This document shows, piece after piece, positions 1-13,925 of a stretch of DNA of 64,000 nt; the stretch's first letter is position 1; each line of letters opens with the position of its first letter. Made by a program: the position numbers and the translations under genes. A model generated the notes under the pieces. That model was not told the origin of the DNA, did not search any database, and worked only from the letters and a program-made list of their open reading frames with translations. The stretch spans positions 19,592,001 to 19,656,000 of the forward strand of contig OX597835.1 of assembly GCA_951406725.2 (NCBI GenBank), read 5' to 3'. This stretch comes from Octopus vulgaris (lineage: Eukaryota).

Positions 1-436
1 CGGAGGTAGAATATTAAAATCCTCGTTTCTTTTATTTGAAACAATATTATAAATTTCTAGAGAAATCTATTATATATGACTCTTTATACAATGACAAAAC
101 GAAAGTGTAGCATTGAAGTGTTTGCCCGAGGTGGTAGTGATATCAAGGAAATCTACCGAAAGCTCGGAACCAAAGTAATTTGAAAATGCTGAGGCATCTT
201 TGCATGCTTGCTGTAGACGACTTACGAAGGTGTTATAGCATCGTACAGACTACTGTTCGTCACGGATACATGTAGGTATGCATATTTGCTTGTAAGCTTG
301 TATGTATATATCTATACATATTTATATACATATATATTTATATATATATATGTAAATATATAAGCATACATGTCCATATATATGTTTATATATATATGTA
401 TATATATTTATATAACATGTATATATAATATATGTG

Positions 437-479
<43 letters not shown>

Positions 480-779
480 ATGCATAATATGTATATAATA
501 TACATATATAATTATATATAATATAATATGTATATAATATACATATATAGGAATATATAATATTTATATTTAAAAATATATATAATATTTATATATATAA
601 TATATATGTATATATATACATATACTTATACACATAATATCTATATCTATATCTTTATATATATATATATATATATAATGTTGTATAAAAGATCGTGGGT
701 AAGGCCAAAACAATGTAAAGTAAATGCAAGGTAAATCACAAGAAAACAAATATGTGAATTAATGTAGACTTGCCTGAAT

Positions 780-1745
780 TCAATAATTCGGGATTATAAC
801 CTCATTCTCAAGAAAATGACGAACGTTGTCGATGTCTTTTGCGTGTGAGCGTGTGTGGGGGACATGTACAGAAGGACTAGCTTCCTGTACCTCCTTTGTA
901 TTATTGATCTTGGGTTTCTTTTGTTGTATGAGGATAGCCTCAGAGATTCTAAGGTAGTCCCTGATGTGCACTGTGATCTCCCGCGTCTAGCATTTCCGTA
1001 TATGTTTCTTCATGGAAGTGTGTGCCTGCACGTGTTCCTTAAAGCATATATGCAGTTTTTTGGTCGTGCTTCCGATGTAAGCTGTGCCACATTGGCCACA
1101 TGGGATCTCATTTACAAAACATGGCCACTGGCAAAATTTAGGGCCATTGATGGGGCAGTTCGACAATGTACACTTCTCAGAGTAGTGAGGAGTGTTCCCC
1201 TTGGACAGAGCCTTTCTCAGGAAAGGACTGTTGTACATTATCTGTATGTCTAGTCGTTCCCCGAGGACTGCGTCTTGTATCGCTGCAGCAGTTCTGTCAT
1301 CAAAGTGTGGTCGCTTTAGGAAGCACATTCCATTCGGAGTATGCTGGTTCTTCCGGGGTTTATTGACCTTGATGTTCTTCAGGCGCCGTTGTTTAGCTTA
1401 AGATGGTGGGTAGCCATTCAGGTTTAACTCACCGAGGAACTGTTTGGTGTAGACGGCTTTGTCCGTGATGTGGCTACAACCGCTGTTTATACGTGCAATT
1501 TGGTTTCTCACTCATGCGGTTTTGGCTCCGGTGGGTAAGGCTGGTAGTGGACGAAAGTTTTCTGTTAGTTGCCTTTCTATAGAATTTGGTAAATATGGAA
1601 CCTTCCTCTATGATCTTGATGTGCAAGCCGAGTATAGAAGAGGTTCCGGATTCGTCTGTATATTCAATCTCGAATTTGATATTTGTGTCGGTGCTGTTGA
1701 ATATCTGGTATATGTTAATGACCTCATCCCTCAGGGACGTGAGTG
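780..1745 (-). mobile_element. Decayed Penelope-like retroelement: RT C-terminus/thumb plus GIY-YIG endonuclease, frameshifted
   Basis: Minus-strand ORF pieces read IYQIFNSTDTNIKFEIEYTDESGTSSILGLHIKI..FTKFYRKATN (PLE RT 'FNS..PNIKFEIE..LPFLD..YRKPT' region), then CPINGPKFCQ..VNEIPCGQCGTAYIGSTTKKLHICFKEH (GIY-YIG 'VY.I.C..C...YIG.T...L..R..EH') and LRISEAILIQQKKPKIN (GIY-YIG C-terminal 'EA..I....P..N'). Confidence 0.85.
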
Positions 1746-1747
1746 TG

Positions 1748-2331
1748 AATGAATGTGCGTGTGAAGGAGCGGTATTATTGAATAGTGGTGGATAATTTAG
1801 ACCGAGGTGGACTGAAATACGGAGAAGCGAAATTAATGCGGTTCGAGATGAAGACGAGATTCCAGATGGAGCCTGCACGAGGCAAGACCGAACAATACAG
1901 ATGTTGCAGGGTACGACCAGTAGGGGAATATTGCGCAATATGGGGGTTTCATTATCGAGAGATACGTCCCGAGGTGCTCGTCCATATATATATATAATAT
2001 ATGACAGTAGATACCTAAGTGTCTACTCCTTGCTGACCGTTTATGCCTCACTGATAGTTGACTCGTGACAGGTCGTCAATGCCCGACTGACGCTTGCACG
2101 CACACCTCAAGACATATCCCTTGGTAATAAGACCGCGATAGCGCGGAATATTCCCCAACTGAATATTCCTGCAACATCTGTCGGGTTCGGTCTAGATTCG
2201 CGTAGGCGCTATCTGGAATCCCGGTTTCATCTGGAATAGTATTAATTTTGCTTCTCCTTGATTCAGTCCTCCTCGGTGTAAATTCTCCATCACTATTCAT
2301 TAATACTCCTCCTTCACACACACATTCATTC
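1748..2331. repeat. Diverged inverted repeat pair (about 1748-1983 and 2095-2331) converging on a short (TA)n tract
   Basis: gaatgaatgtgcgtgtgaaggagcggtattattgaatagtg... on + aligns by eye with the reverse complement of 2095-2331 (gaatgaatgtgtgtgtgaaggaggagtattaatgaatagtg...). Their translations also match (NECACEGAVLLNSGG vs NECVCEGGVLMNSDG). Confidence 0.8.
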
Positions 2332-2519
2332 TTTCTATACCACACACATTAGCATAAATACATCTATTGCAGAGTCCCGTCCTTTAGACTTCACAATGCC
2401 TGACATAATTCTAATATCTTTTCCACTTAACATTTCTAACCAGTATGGCACTCATACCATCTTCTTACAAACACGTACTAAGAGAAAGCAACACACACTA
2501 CAAACACATAAACACACAC

Positions 2520-2960
<441 letters not shown>

Positions 2961-3039
2961 TCTAAACTTTTAAAACGATAGAGACACTATTAATACCAAA
3001 AGGTAAAATTTATAACCACTTAAAAGAGGATGTTGCTGT

Positions 3040-3077
<38 letters not shown>

Positions 3078-4343
3078 CATATATATTTACACACACATAC
3101 ATATGTGCAGAGACAAAGAATGAGTGAGAGAGAGGTTGAGCGAGATAAGAAAGATAGATACTGCAAGAGAGAGAAAGAAATAAGGAATGACAGACCCGTT
3201 CGTATGTGTGTTTTTCGTGTCGCCTTGTGAGGTTATTGCACAATTTTAACAATTAAAAGTATAGATGACGTGAATTGTCCACACGACGATACACTCACAC
3301 GTGGACAGTCATACACATACGCATATTTACACAGGCATACATACACACATATACACGCTTAATTCCCCATAGATGCGTTAGCATTTAATTGCTTTTATTA
3401 TGATTTCTTACTGAGAATAATTGCCCCAAATAAACTAGATTTCCTGCTGAAATCATTCAATAAATATATAAAGCCACCGAAACAATTAACTAATTCCATA
3501 AAAGATTTGGAACAAACGGCTAAATAAGTTTTAAAATATCAAAATTGGTCGTCAAATATAGAAGATAAAATAATGGTAAAATTATAATGCATATTTATAT
3601 ATTCTCTTAATACACATTGTTTCTGAGTTAACCTATGATCCCTCATAATCGCTTCGTTTATAGGTTTTAGGGACTTTCAGACACCTGCAATTTTTCTGTA
3701 GTTTATCAAACGCATGAAGAACGCGATGAAAAGGTATAAAATTTGTTATTAGGGAAGTAATAGATGATTAATGAAAAGTGATATGTGTGTCCTTCTTCAA
3801 GATTGCTGGGAGAGGGATAGTAAGTAGGGCTGTTCGCAGTCGAGGCTGGCTGAAGGGGATTCCCTGCTCTGTTCCCTTGGGAGATGCTTACAGGTATTGG
3901 AATGAGAATTAAGGAGCGAAGAGTGGCTGTGCGCAGGATAGGAGAGGCAGCTAAAAAGCCCCTTGTTGGATTTGGAGCAACAGAGAGCAGTTAAGCTGGG
4001 CACAAGGAAATAAGGAGCAGTGAATTGCCCACCTCTGCTGAGTCAGCAACAGGAGGGTGTTAAGGTTCAGGGTCGAATCACCCAATGAACTTTGGATACT
4101 TGTCTGATGACATCAGCTGCTCCTGGTCAAGGCTCCATTCACTTCGGTGAAAAGAAAAAAACACCACCATATAAGTGTTACTAACATAAAACACGCAAAC
4201 ACACATACATATACATCTTTTGTTTCTTTCATTCATTTTATGTATTTTGTGCGTAGGAAACTGTTTTTAAAGTGCAAGATGCAGTGTATTCCAGGTTGTT
4301 CCACTTGTACACCGTTGTATACCGCTGTTTAAGAAACGCTCTG

Positions 4344-4447
<104 letters not shown>

Positions 4448-5239
4448 TAAAAGAAACTCTGCATATGTATAGGAACATAGAATGCGATAATTTAAATTAG
4501 ATAATTTCAAATCAATGTTCATCATATATATTGAACAGAGGTTATGTTGTGTTCTGTGATTTGGCATATACGAATACATAGACAATTCAGTTATACACAC
4601 ATTCAGCGACGACACGAATAACATCGCGCATGCGTGTGCACATAGCACACAGGGATCATATATATTTATATATTCATCTGCATACAGTTATATATATATA
4701 TATATATATATTTATGTGTCGTTATTGCCGAGAGAACAGAACCATTTAAAAACAACGTTGATTTTTGTCTAACATCAAAATATATTCCACAAACAGTTTT
4801 TAGCTTTCAAACATTTTAACACATTCAGACTGTTTATTTACAATGTAGCAAAGAAAATATCGAACATATACTCGTTGCAATGAAAATGCAGATGCGCATA
4901 CATGCGTATATGCATTAATATTTACATTTATACCTACCTACATATATATATATATATTTATACCTATTTTTCTTATATTTCATATATATCTTATATTTAT
5001 AGATGGGAAATAATTGACGTGCGTTTACATTAAAATATGTATCGTTGTAAGTCCTATACAAACACACACACACAAAAGCACGCATATATATATATATATA
5101 TATAATTATATATATTGTATATATATGTGTATATATATTTTGTATATATACGTATATGTGTAAGCTTGTGTGTGCCTTTGTCTAAGTGTATCTCTGTTTG
5201 CACATTTCCACCCAACCTTCGATTATTCTGTATTCCTCC

Positions 5240-5279
<40 letters not shown>

Positions 5280-6208
5280 TACTACATCGATATATTTATA
5301 TATATATATACGATGTACTAGCAATGTGGCGATCTAAATACTAGTCAATCTGTGTATTTATATACCTATCTCCATGTATACTTGCATATGTATACGTATG
5401 TATGCATCTATGTATGTGTGTGTGCGTGTATGTGTGTCTGATACATGTATACCTAGATATATGTATGCATAAGAATGCATATACATGTGCTTTTCTTTGT
5501 GTATATACATATATAAGCATAAATTTATATACATACATATAAATATATATATGTATATGCTTTACATCTATATACATACATATATATATGCATATATATA
5601 CATATATATATATAATTATATTTATTTCATATATATATATATATATATATACATATATATATTGCCTGTATATATATATTACATATATTTATATATAACT
5701 ATATATATATATATACATATATACATATATACATACAAATGCAGAAATACTCATATAAATGTGAGCCCGGTTATGGGTATATGCGCGTGTTTATGTGTAC
5801 AATAAAATCTGTTAGGCGTTATACAAACATTTATGTGGCATGGCTACATATGTGAATTTTCATATGTATTTTTCAATTTATGTTTAATTTATCTCTGTTG
5901 GATTGTAATGTTTTTATGTCAAATTCAATTTTGGATATTAATTACATTTTCCAATTCATTCCCAGGAGAAAAATATTTCACGAGAAATTATTTTAAACAG
6001 GAATGTTCTCACAATGTAGGTGTTCAAGCAAACGTACAATCGCAACCACGCACAAGCTTACTCATACTAACTATATAAACAACCGCAAATATACTGTCAC
6101 ACACATAAATGCATGCATACATACATATATATGTATGTGTTTATAAACATATACATATACATATAGATATGTACACATATATGTATAGAGAGAGAGCGTG
6201 AGAGAGAG

Positions 6209-6249
<41 letters not shown>

Positions 6250-6399
6250 TATATATGCACATATGTCCATATACAATAAATATACATCTACATATATATA
6301 TATATCTATATATATATTTATATATATATATATACATATATATGCACACGTGTATATATGTATACATATACATGTACATTCACATATATATGCATATAT

Positions 6400-6443
<44 letters not shown>

Positions 6444-6455
6444 GTATGTATTTAA

Positions 6456-6488
<33 letters not shown>

Positions 6489-7407
6489 GTTTGTTTATGT
6501 ATATACTCGAAAGCATTTTTCTATAGATAAATACATACATGGGACATGTATGAACCTATATCGACATTCCGTCATACATATATAGTTGCAAACATACATA
6601 CATTTATAGATGGGTATATTATATTATATGTGTATGTGTGTGTGTGAACAAATATATCCATCGGACATGTACGTTTCTATCTGTATATTAATGCATGTCC
6701 CAAATATTTCACACTAGATATGTTTATATACAAACCCATGTATATGAACTGTTTTTTTTTCCGTCTGAATGTTTACGCCTATGTTTGTTGCAAATATGGA
6801 GTTACTGTTGCTAGTATTACACTTCTCTTTAAACGTATACGTGGTCACAACACATCATTACTCATAAACACGCAAAGCTAAATCTTACGTATTCTAGGAA
6901 AATATTTAAACATGTATTTCTATAGATATTGTCACGTTCATACACATGATCATATACAACAATACTTCTGAAAGAATAGTTATATTAACCCATGCCCTAT
7001 TTTACTATGTCAATGTATTTGCATACGCGTACCTCTGCACACATACACAGACACACACACACACAGACTCACACACACACAAACATACACACATATATAT
7101 ATATGTTGTTTGTATTTGAAAAGTATTGTGCTTCTTCCCGAATAAATTAATTTGTTCCACATACACACAAAGCCACATATATATATATTTATATATACGT
7201 GTTTTATGTCTCTCTCTCTCTCTCCCGCACTCTCTCGTTCCCTCTCCCTCATTATCTCTCTCTCTCTTTATATATATATATATATATGTGTTAATATAAT
7301 ACATACATATCTGTATGTATATATATATATATATACACGTATCGATCGAAAGTTACATAGATAAATAATTCTTTATATATAAACATACATACATATATAT
7401 ATATATT

Positions 7408-7462
<55 letters not shown>

Positions 7463-7508
7463 ATATATTTACACACACACACACACACATATACATATAC
7501 ATATATAT

Positions 7509-7576
7509 AAAGGCGGTGCTCCAGCATGGCCACAGTCAAATGACTGAAACAAGTAAAAGAGTAAAAGAGTAAAGAG
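7509..7576 (+). mobile_element. 3' fragment of SINE family B
   Basis: aaaggcggtgctccagcatggccacagtcaaatgactgaaacaagtaaaagagtaaaagag matches the tail of the copy at 23297-23661. Confidence 0.85.
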
Positions 7577-7899
7577 ATATCTATATTTATATGTATGTAT
7601 GTATGTATGTATATATAGATAAAGATAAATAATTAGATAGATAAATATATTGTAAAAGGAAAATGACAAAGTGTCGATGTGACACAAGCTTAACACAAGT
7701 ATACCAATGTTTCCCTAACGCCTTTTTGAACCACATTAGAAGCCTGTATAATAAAAATTATACACAGTTCATGTGTGACTGCAGTTCATGTGGCTCCTCA
7801 TTGCATTGGATAACGTTGTTGTATTACTTTTTAATGTGCATGCGTTAACAAGCTTAATTTATACATGGTGAATCCTGGTGAAATAAGACTAGCAAAATA

Positions 7900-9080
7900 G
7901 AAAAATGTCGAAGAAAAATCCCTTCCTATAGTCGGCATAGGTTCTTTAAATTTGGATGATGGATATATATATTCGACAACATGTAGAAAATTTATTGAAG
8001 TTGAAAATATGAAAGAGAAAACTTGCAGACAAAAGGTGCGATCATATCTCGCTTTGCAAAACAATCCAGGTTCTTCAAAAATGACAGAATGTATAAGAAT
8101 AAGCGAAAATAATTCTATAGACACTTTACAAAGTGCACCATCAAAACAGAAACCTCATCAGAGTAAGAAATACTTGTATTTGTAGCAAAATTTGGAAAAT
8201 GAATGGAATCATAATTTTGATGCTCACAGTTTCAAAGAAGACAACAAGGCAGTGTGGTTAAAGAAGTGTAAGATTTACATTGAAACACTCCAGACTCTTG
8301 TAAATGTAAATCAACTGGTCCAGGTAAGATTCCAAAGAATTCGCTTAATGTATCTTCAGTCTCATGCAAATATATATCTTGCTGTTACAGCGTGTTTATG
8401 AAGATCCGGAATAATCCCCGGAATGGCTGACCACTGAAGATATAAATTTTGCCCCCAAAACTGATAAAAGAAAAATTTCTAAGATCCACACTCCCAAGAC
8501 ATGCCTTGTAGAAATGCCATGATTTTTGTAGTTGTTCTAATGGTACACACGTATAATTTTCTTATTAAGAGCGTAAGTTTCTCTAATGACGAAATGGCTG
8601 TAAACGTGGGTCATATAAATGTTTTGACCAAATGATATTTAACAAAACGATTATCTTGATTGTAACACAAGTTAAAAGCATCTTTCAGTAGGCTGGATGG
8701 GGTTCTTTTGACAGTCTTCCTTACACCTAGGTGGAACGTGCGGAGATTTCCATTTGGTGTACGCGGCAGAATGTACGAATCACAACTTGATTTATGTTGG
8801 TTGTACAACAGAACAATTAAACAATATATTTAATGGGCACAGATATTACGTCAGGCATAATAACAGTAGATCGACAGAAATTACTGAAAACTTTTCTTCA
8901 AACGGCTGCAATTTTGAAAAAGATTTCAAAGTGCATATTCTCAGAAAATATTCTGAACTTGCTACAGTTTCTGTCCTCAAAATGCATGAGAAATATGTTT
9001 GCGAGCTATTAACATCATGCCCTGGAGGATGTATAAATTACACGAGAATTTCATCATATCTACTAAAAATTGTTTGATTA
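7900..9080 (+). mobile_element. Second decayed Penelope-like element; GIY-YIG endonuclease relic at 8754-9077
   Basis: ORF 8754-9077 reads VYAAECTNHNLIYVGCTTEQLNNIFNGHRY..CNFEKDFKVHIL, fitting the GIY-YIG pattern 'VY...C....YVG.T...L..RF..HR'. Upstream broken ORF-like sequence is probably the same element; the 5' boundary is uncertain. Confidence 0.65.
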
Positions 9081-9701
9081 GAATATTCTTCTTTTTCGTT
9101 TACTTTTCTCTTTTCTTTTCCTTTTTTTTTTTTTGCCCGTTGTAGACTTGAAAATCTACCCCATTTGTCGATGTTCCTCTTATAAGTTGAGGAGAGTGAA
9201 GGAAGAAATGAAGAAAGAATAAAGGTACTGAAATAATAAATTAATCAGGTGACATGTAACATGTGAAAATAGTAAGGAAACAATTGGTTAATTAGTCAGT
9301 TAGCTAGTTAACAAAACAAATACATGCGTGAGGGTAAGAGCTATTAATATATTTAATTCATTCGCCGCTTTGAAAGAAAAGAGAAAAGGGAAAAGATATT
9401 GATAGAAGTTAAAAAAGTAGGCGGCAGTTGACCAATGTACAAATTATTGGTTATATTTAGTCATATATTTATTTGGTATATAATTCCAAGCGCAGGAAGA
9501 TACCGAAATGGAACATCCTAATCATATTCCGAAGTCTATTTCAAGTATCAGGAAATAACGTTACATAATACTTACGTAAGAAAATTAAGATATTGTGAAT
9601 AGCAATGGCAAGAAACCGTTTCTGCGTTATTGTATGAGACAAGGATCGAGATGAAATGTGTAAAGAAGAAACGGAAAGCGGAGAAAGCAAAGAAAATTAA
9701 A

Positions 9702-10039
<338 letters not shown>

Positions 10040-10159
10040 ATATATATATATATATATATATATACATAAGAGCGAGTGGAAGAGAGACAGAAGCAGAGAG
10101 GCAGTGAGAGATAGGAAGAAACAAATAGATACATTATTATATACATCCATAAAGAGATG

Positions 10160-10550
10160 TATACAGGGTGGGTAAGGTATTTGAGGACAGATTTATGCTT
10201 ATAAAAAAATGTATTATGACAGACAACTTTATTTATTACAAATGCTAAGAGCATTAAAATAAACATTTTCTGTAATCTTATTCAATAAAGCCACCTTTAG
10301 CTTCAACAACCGCTTCTCTATGAGATCTAAATCCTCTTCATGCTTGAATCAAGTGGTGCTGGTTCATTTTGGACATTACTCTTGCTATGGCATCTTTCAA
10401 AGCATCTTTGGTGTTATTGTCGGGCGTCTCCATTGACGTCTCTCGCAAAAACGCTCCGCATGTAATAATCCAATGGATTGATATGTGGGGATTTAGGAGT
10501 CCAAATGTTAGCGGTTATGTGATCATGAAGATTTTCAGCCATCCACTTAC
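10160..10550 (-). mobile_element. Tc1/mariner-superfamily transposase C-terminal relic with terminal TA-CAGGGTG end
   Basis: Minus strand translates WMAENLHDHITANIWTPKSPHINPLDYY (cf. WPPNSPDLNPLDY) and, after a frameshift, ..REAVVEAKGGFIE*. tatacagggtg at about 10160 resembles a TIR end. Confidence 0.7.
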
Positions 10551-12266
10551 TTTATTTTTACCTTTAAATTTGAAATGGAGAAAGACATAACGCTGGGTGA
10601 AAAAAAAAAAAAAAAAAAAAAAAAATTTGGGGCGAAACCTGTGATGGGCCTGATTGACGCTGATGTCCTGGAGTCAACACCGTAAGTAAATTAAATGCAT
10701 TTCTGGCCGAATCCGCATCTGCAATCCTGAAATTTTGAATACCTATGTTTTCATTAGTGCGATTGTTTTCAGCGATCATTTTACATAAATTTTGGGGACG
10801 AAAAATTGAGATATGACACTAGAGGAATCAATTGCAACAAATTTTCCAAAACAGGAGTTCTCATTGCAGACCTTCCCATTCGGGGGCAGATGCTTACATG
10901 CTATATACGAGCCCAAGTGTCGTCCTATATGTCAGATTGTGTGCCAGTACACATGTATAAATATTTATCACCATACTTCCAATGAGGCAAGTATTACATC
11001 TGCAGAAAAATGAAATAATTATCTCCATAGAGGCTACAGTCGATCCGGATGCATTTAGTAACCTTAACACAGGCTTCAGCTGAAGGGGTACATACGTGTT
11101 AGCGTTAAAGCAAAATTTAACTTGAGCTAAACCAAATTTTAAGGTCGAAATATGAATGTTTATTATGAGAAATTACAGGTGTTATAGTTTATAACTTCAA
11201 CGGTTGATTAATGCATCGCATAATGAAACAGTTGCAAGTGTATTCAGAATATTACTACTCCTTCCAGTTATTGTTCCAGAGGGCAACCTGTGCGAGCAAA
11301 CTTCAGAAATAAGACACGCATTACCGTTGAGCTGACTCATCCCAGTGCATTAGCGAAAACTGGGTCTCCATGAAAAACTAATCATTCAGTGTCAATCAAA
11401 AAAAAAAAAAAATCAGTTCACCTTATAATTGTTTTGACTAAACTATACAGATTCTCAATGAGATACAAATAGTCTGCCTTACGTTTGTGTGTATAAGCAT
11501 ATGTCCGTTGTATGTTTAAGCACATGTGAGTCGTAAATATAAACTTGTTATTGCAGTTATTGACATGTAGGTTTGTCGCAGCAAAAAGGGTCAAATGATC
11601 ACGCAAAACAAACACGTAGGGAGTTCATGAATAGATTTGCACATAATCTCCATAAATATTGTCACGTCCATGCACACGCAGCAACCAATATACAACATTC
11701 TATGCGAACAGGCTTATTATCTCACATCAACACCCATACATACGCACGAAAATTTTATAGACATAAGTGATGATTACTTGTATGCAAAGGATCTTGCGTT
11801 AGTTTCCTGAAAATTTGATTATTTACAGATGTATTCTATATGCCAATAAATTCTGCAAATTTACATTAATATATATTTCCATACATAGACGCGCACACAC
11901 ATAAATATGTACGTATGTATATATGCACATACGCGCACACACATGTGTATGTCTGTATGCATACAAATGTTCATGAATATGTAAATAAAGTTAGACACAC
12001 AGACACATACACGCGTGTATAATTATCTGTGCCAGTGTGTTTGTATGACAAGTGTATGGATATGTAATGATGGATATACATCAATGTGTTGTCGTTTTTT
12101 GCTAATATTCATTTGTTAACCAACAGTGAATATATAACATCTAAACTGCTTTCCTTTCCTCCTATTTACATTGTCTTTTTAACATATAATTCTACCGCAT
12201 TATCTATCTATCTGACTAAGTATCTATCTATCCATCTATCTCTCTATCTTTCTCAATCTCCCTGTC

Positions 12267-12315
<49 letters not shown>

Positions 12316-12318
<3 letters not shown>

Positions 12319-12508
12319 TCTTCATGATAGATCGTTAGCGAAGCCACTACACACATTTTGTTCTCTCCTTGTTTTTTCTGTGTCCCTTTCTGTAGAAGAG
12401 CGTAGACTCGAAACGTAAAAGAATTTTTCTATTCCTGAGCGTTATACTTATAGATCTGTTTGCCTTGTACACCACCTGTCTTCGTCTTTTGTTTTTTTCG
12501 TAAACTCT

Positions 12509-12512
<4 letters not shown>
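12316..12512 (+). mobile_element. About 200 bp non-coding element inserted in (TA)n, carrying a hammerhead-like motif
   Basis: Flanked by (TA)n on both sides; same layout as 9827-10039 (pyrimidine-rich lead, hammerhead, ttcctgagcgt, pyrimidine-rich tail). Confidence 0.65.
12386..12421 (+). ncRNA. Minimal type I hammerhead ribozyme motif with A6U core variant
   Basis: CTTT-CTGTAGA-A-GAG-CGTAGA-CTC-GAAA-CG-T-A-AAAG: stem I CTTT/AAAG, stem II GAG/CTC, intact GAAA, palindromic stem III ACGT, cleavage site GUA. Confidence 0.7.
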
Positions 12513-12564
<52 letters not shown>

Positions 12565-13282
12565 ATATCGAAGGGAAATAGACATTAATAGAAACTTTAA
12601 CTTCTAGTGGTCTAGTGTGTAAAAATTTAGTCCAAAGACTATGTATTACTCATAAAATACAGTGTACATTTAAACACATAAGGAATCCGCTCGTGGGATT
12701 CAACACGAAAGAACAGCTAGGTTCTATAGCCATAAAATTAGGGATAAAATCCCGACAGGAATGAAATGAGAAGTTAAAAACGTTTTCCATCCAGTTTCCT
12801 TGATCAATCAGCTTCTTATTTTAGTTTAGCAAATAAATAATATTCGCTAGGTGAAATCTTCGTCAACAGGTACACCTTAGATCAAATATATAAAACACGA
12901 GGCAATCAACTATGTGCCTCCTGTTTATACATCCCAATTTTTTCAAAATCTACTGCGCAGACGCAGCTCCCCGTCGGTAATAAAAAATGCCAACTTTTAA
13001 TACTTCGAAAAATTATCTAAACATTTACAATGCTTAATCATATCGACAGGAAATGGACATTAATTGGAAAGGAAATTAATAGAAATGGAAATTAATAGAA
13101 ATTAATAGGAAATTTTCAACCCGATTATATAGTGGAATAATGTTCTCCATTTTCGATGTAAACGCAAATTGACGAGGCTTTCTGAGGCTTGCGGGATGAT
13201 GTTAATAACAATGGTATTTTGTAATGTAACCATTACGATCGGAAATTTTGGAGTTCAAATCGCGGTGGCCTTTTGTGTCGTG

Positions 13283-13695
13283 TACCTATTTCTTTACTAC
13301 CCACAAGGGGATAAACACAGAGGGGACAAAGAAGGACAGACAAACGGATTAAGTCGATTACATCGACCCCAGTGCGTAACTGGTACCTAATTTATCGACA
13401 CCGAAAGGATGAAAGGCAAAGTCGACCTCGGCGGAATTTGAACTCAGAACGTAACGACAGACGAAATACCTATTTCTTTATTACCCACAAGGGGCTAAAC
13501 ACAGAGGGGACAAACAAGGACAGACAAACGGATTAAGTCGATTACATCGACCCCAGTGCGTAACTGGTACCTAATTTATCGACTCCGAAAGGATGAAAGG
13601 CAAAGTCGACCTCGGCGGAATTTGAACACAGAACGTAACGACAGATGAAATACCGCTAAGCATTTCGACCGGCGTGCTGACGATTCTGCCAGCTC
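13283..13695 (-). mobile_element. tRNA-derived SINE family A with a tandemly duplicated 184 bp body
   Basis: Reverse complement of gagctggcagaa..gagttcaaattccgccgaggtcgactttgcctttcatcc.. (A/B-box-like head). Units start at 13283 and 13467. Confidence 0.9.
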
Positions 13696-13774
13696 TAAAG
13701 ATTCTGTCTTGCATCTTTGTTGAATACACTCAACTGTGGAAATCGTATTGCACTATTAATTGAAGTTATCAACC

Positions 13775-13925
13775 ATGTTGCATTAAGTGTCACACTGAAT
13801 CTCCATGAGATCTTCTTTAAGATGCTTTTCTGTGGCGTGGTCACCCACTTGTATGCTGATGTCACAAGCATGCATTTTCATTGACCGGATCAGCTGAAAC
13901 ACGTCGTCGTGACCGACGAAGGGCC
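13775..13925 (+). mobile_element. Old diverged fragment of SINE family C tail 1
   Basis: tgtcacactgaatctccatgaga..ttgaccggatcagctgaaacacgtcgtcgtgaccgacg resembles 36750-36895. Confidence 0.6.

Noticed and set aside
4105-4160. CTGATGA as a hammerhead core
   Set aside because: No properly placed stem II-GAAA-stem III-stem I can be built.
11053-11160. ACCTTAA/TTAAGGT-C-GAAATAT as a hammerhead relic
   Set aside because: The core heptamer is missing and the cleavage position is G; could be chance in AT-rich DNA.
13283-13695. Repeat-spacer pattern as a CRISPR-like array, or a hammerhead across the SINE A junction
   Set aside because: Units are whole SINE bodies without unique spacers and no cas genes are present. 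The GAAATA/TATTTC hairpin lacks an upstream CUGANGA core on either strand.
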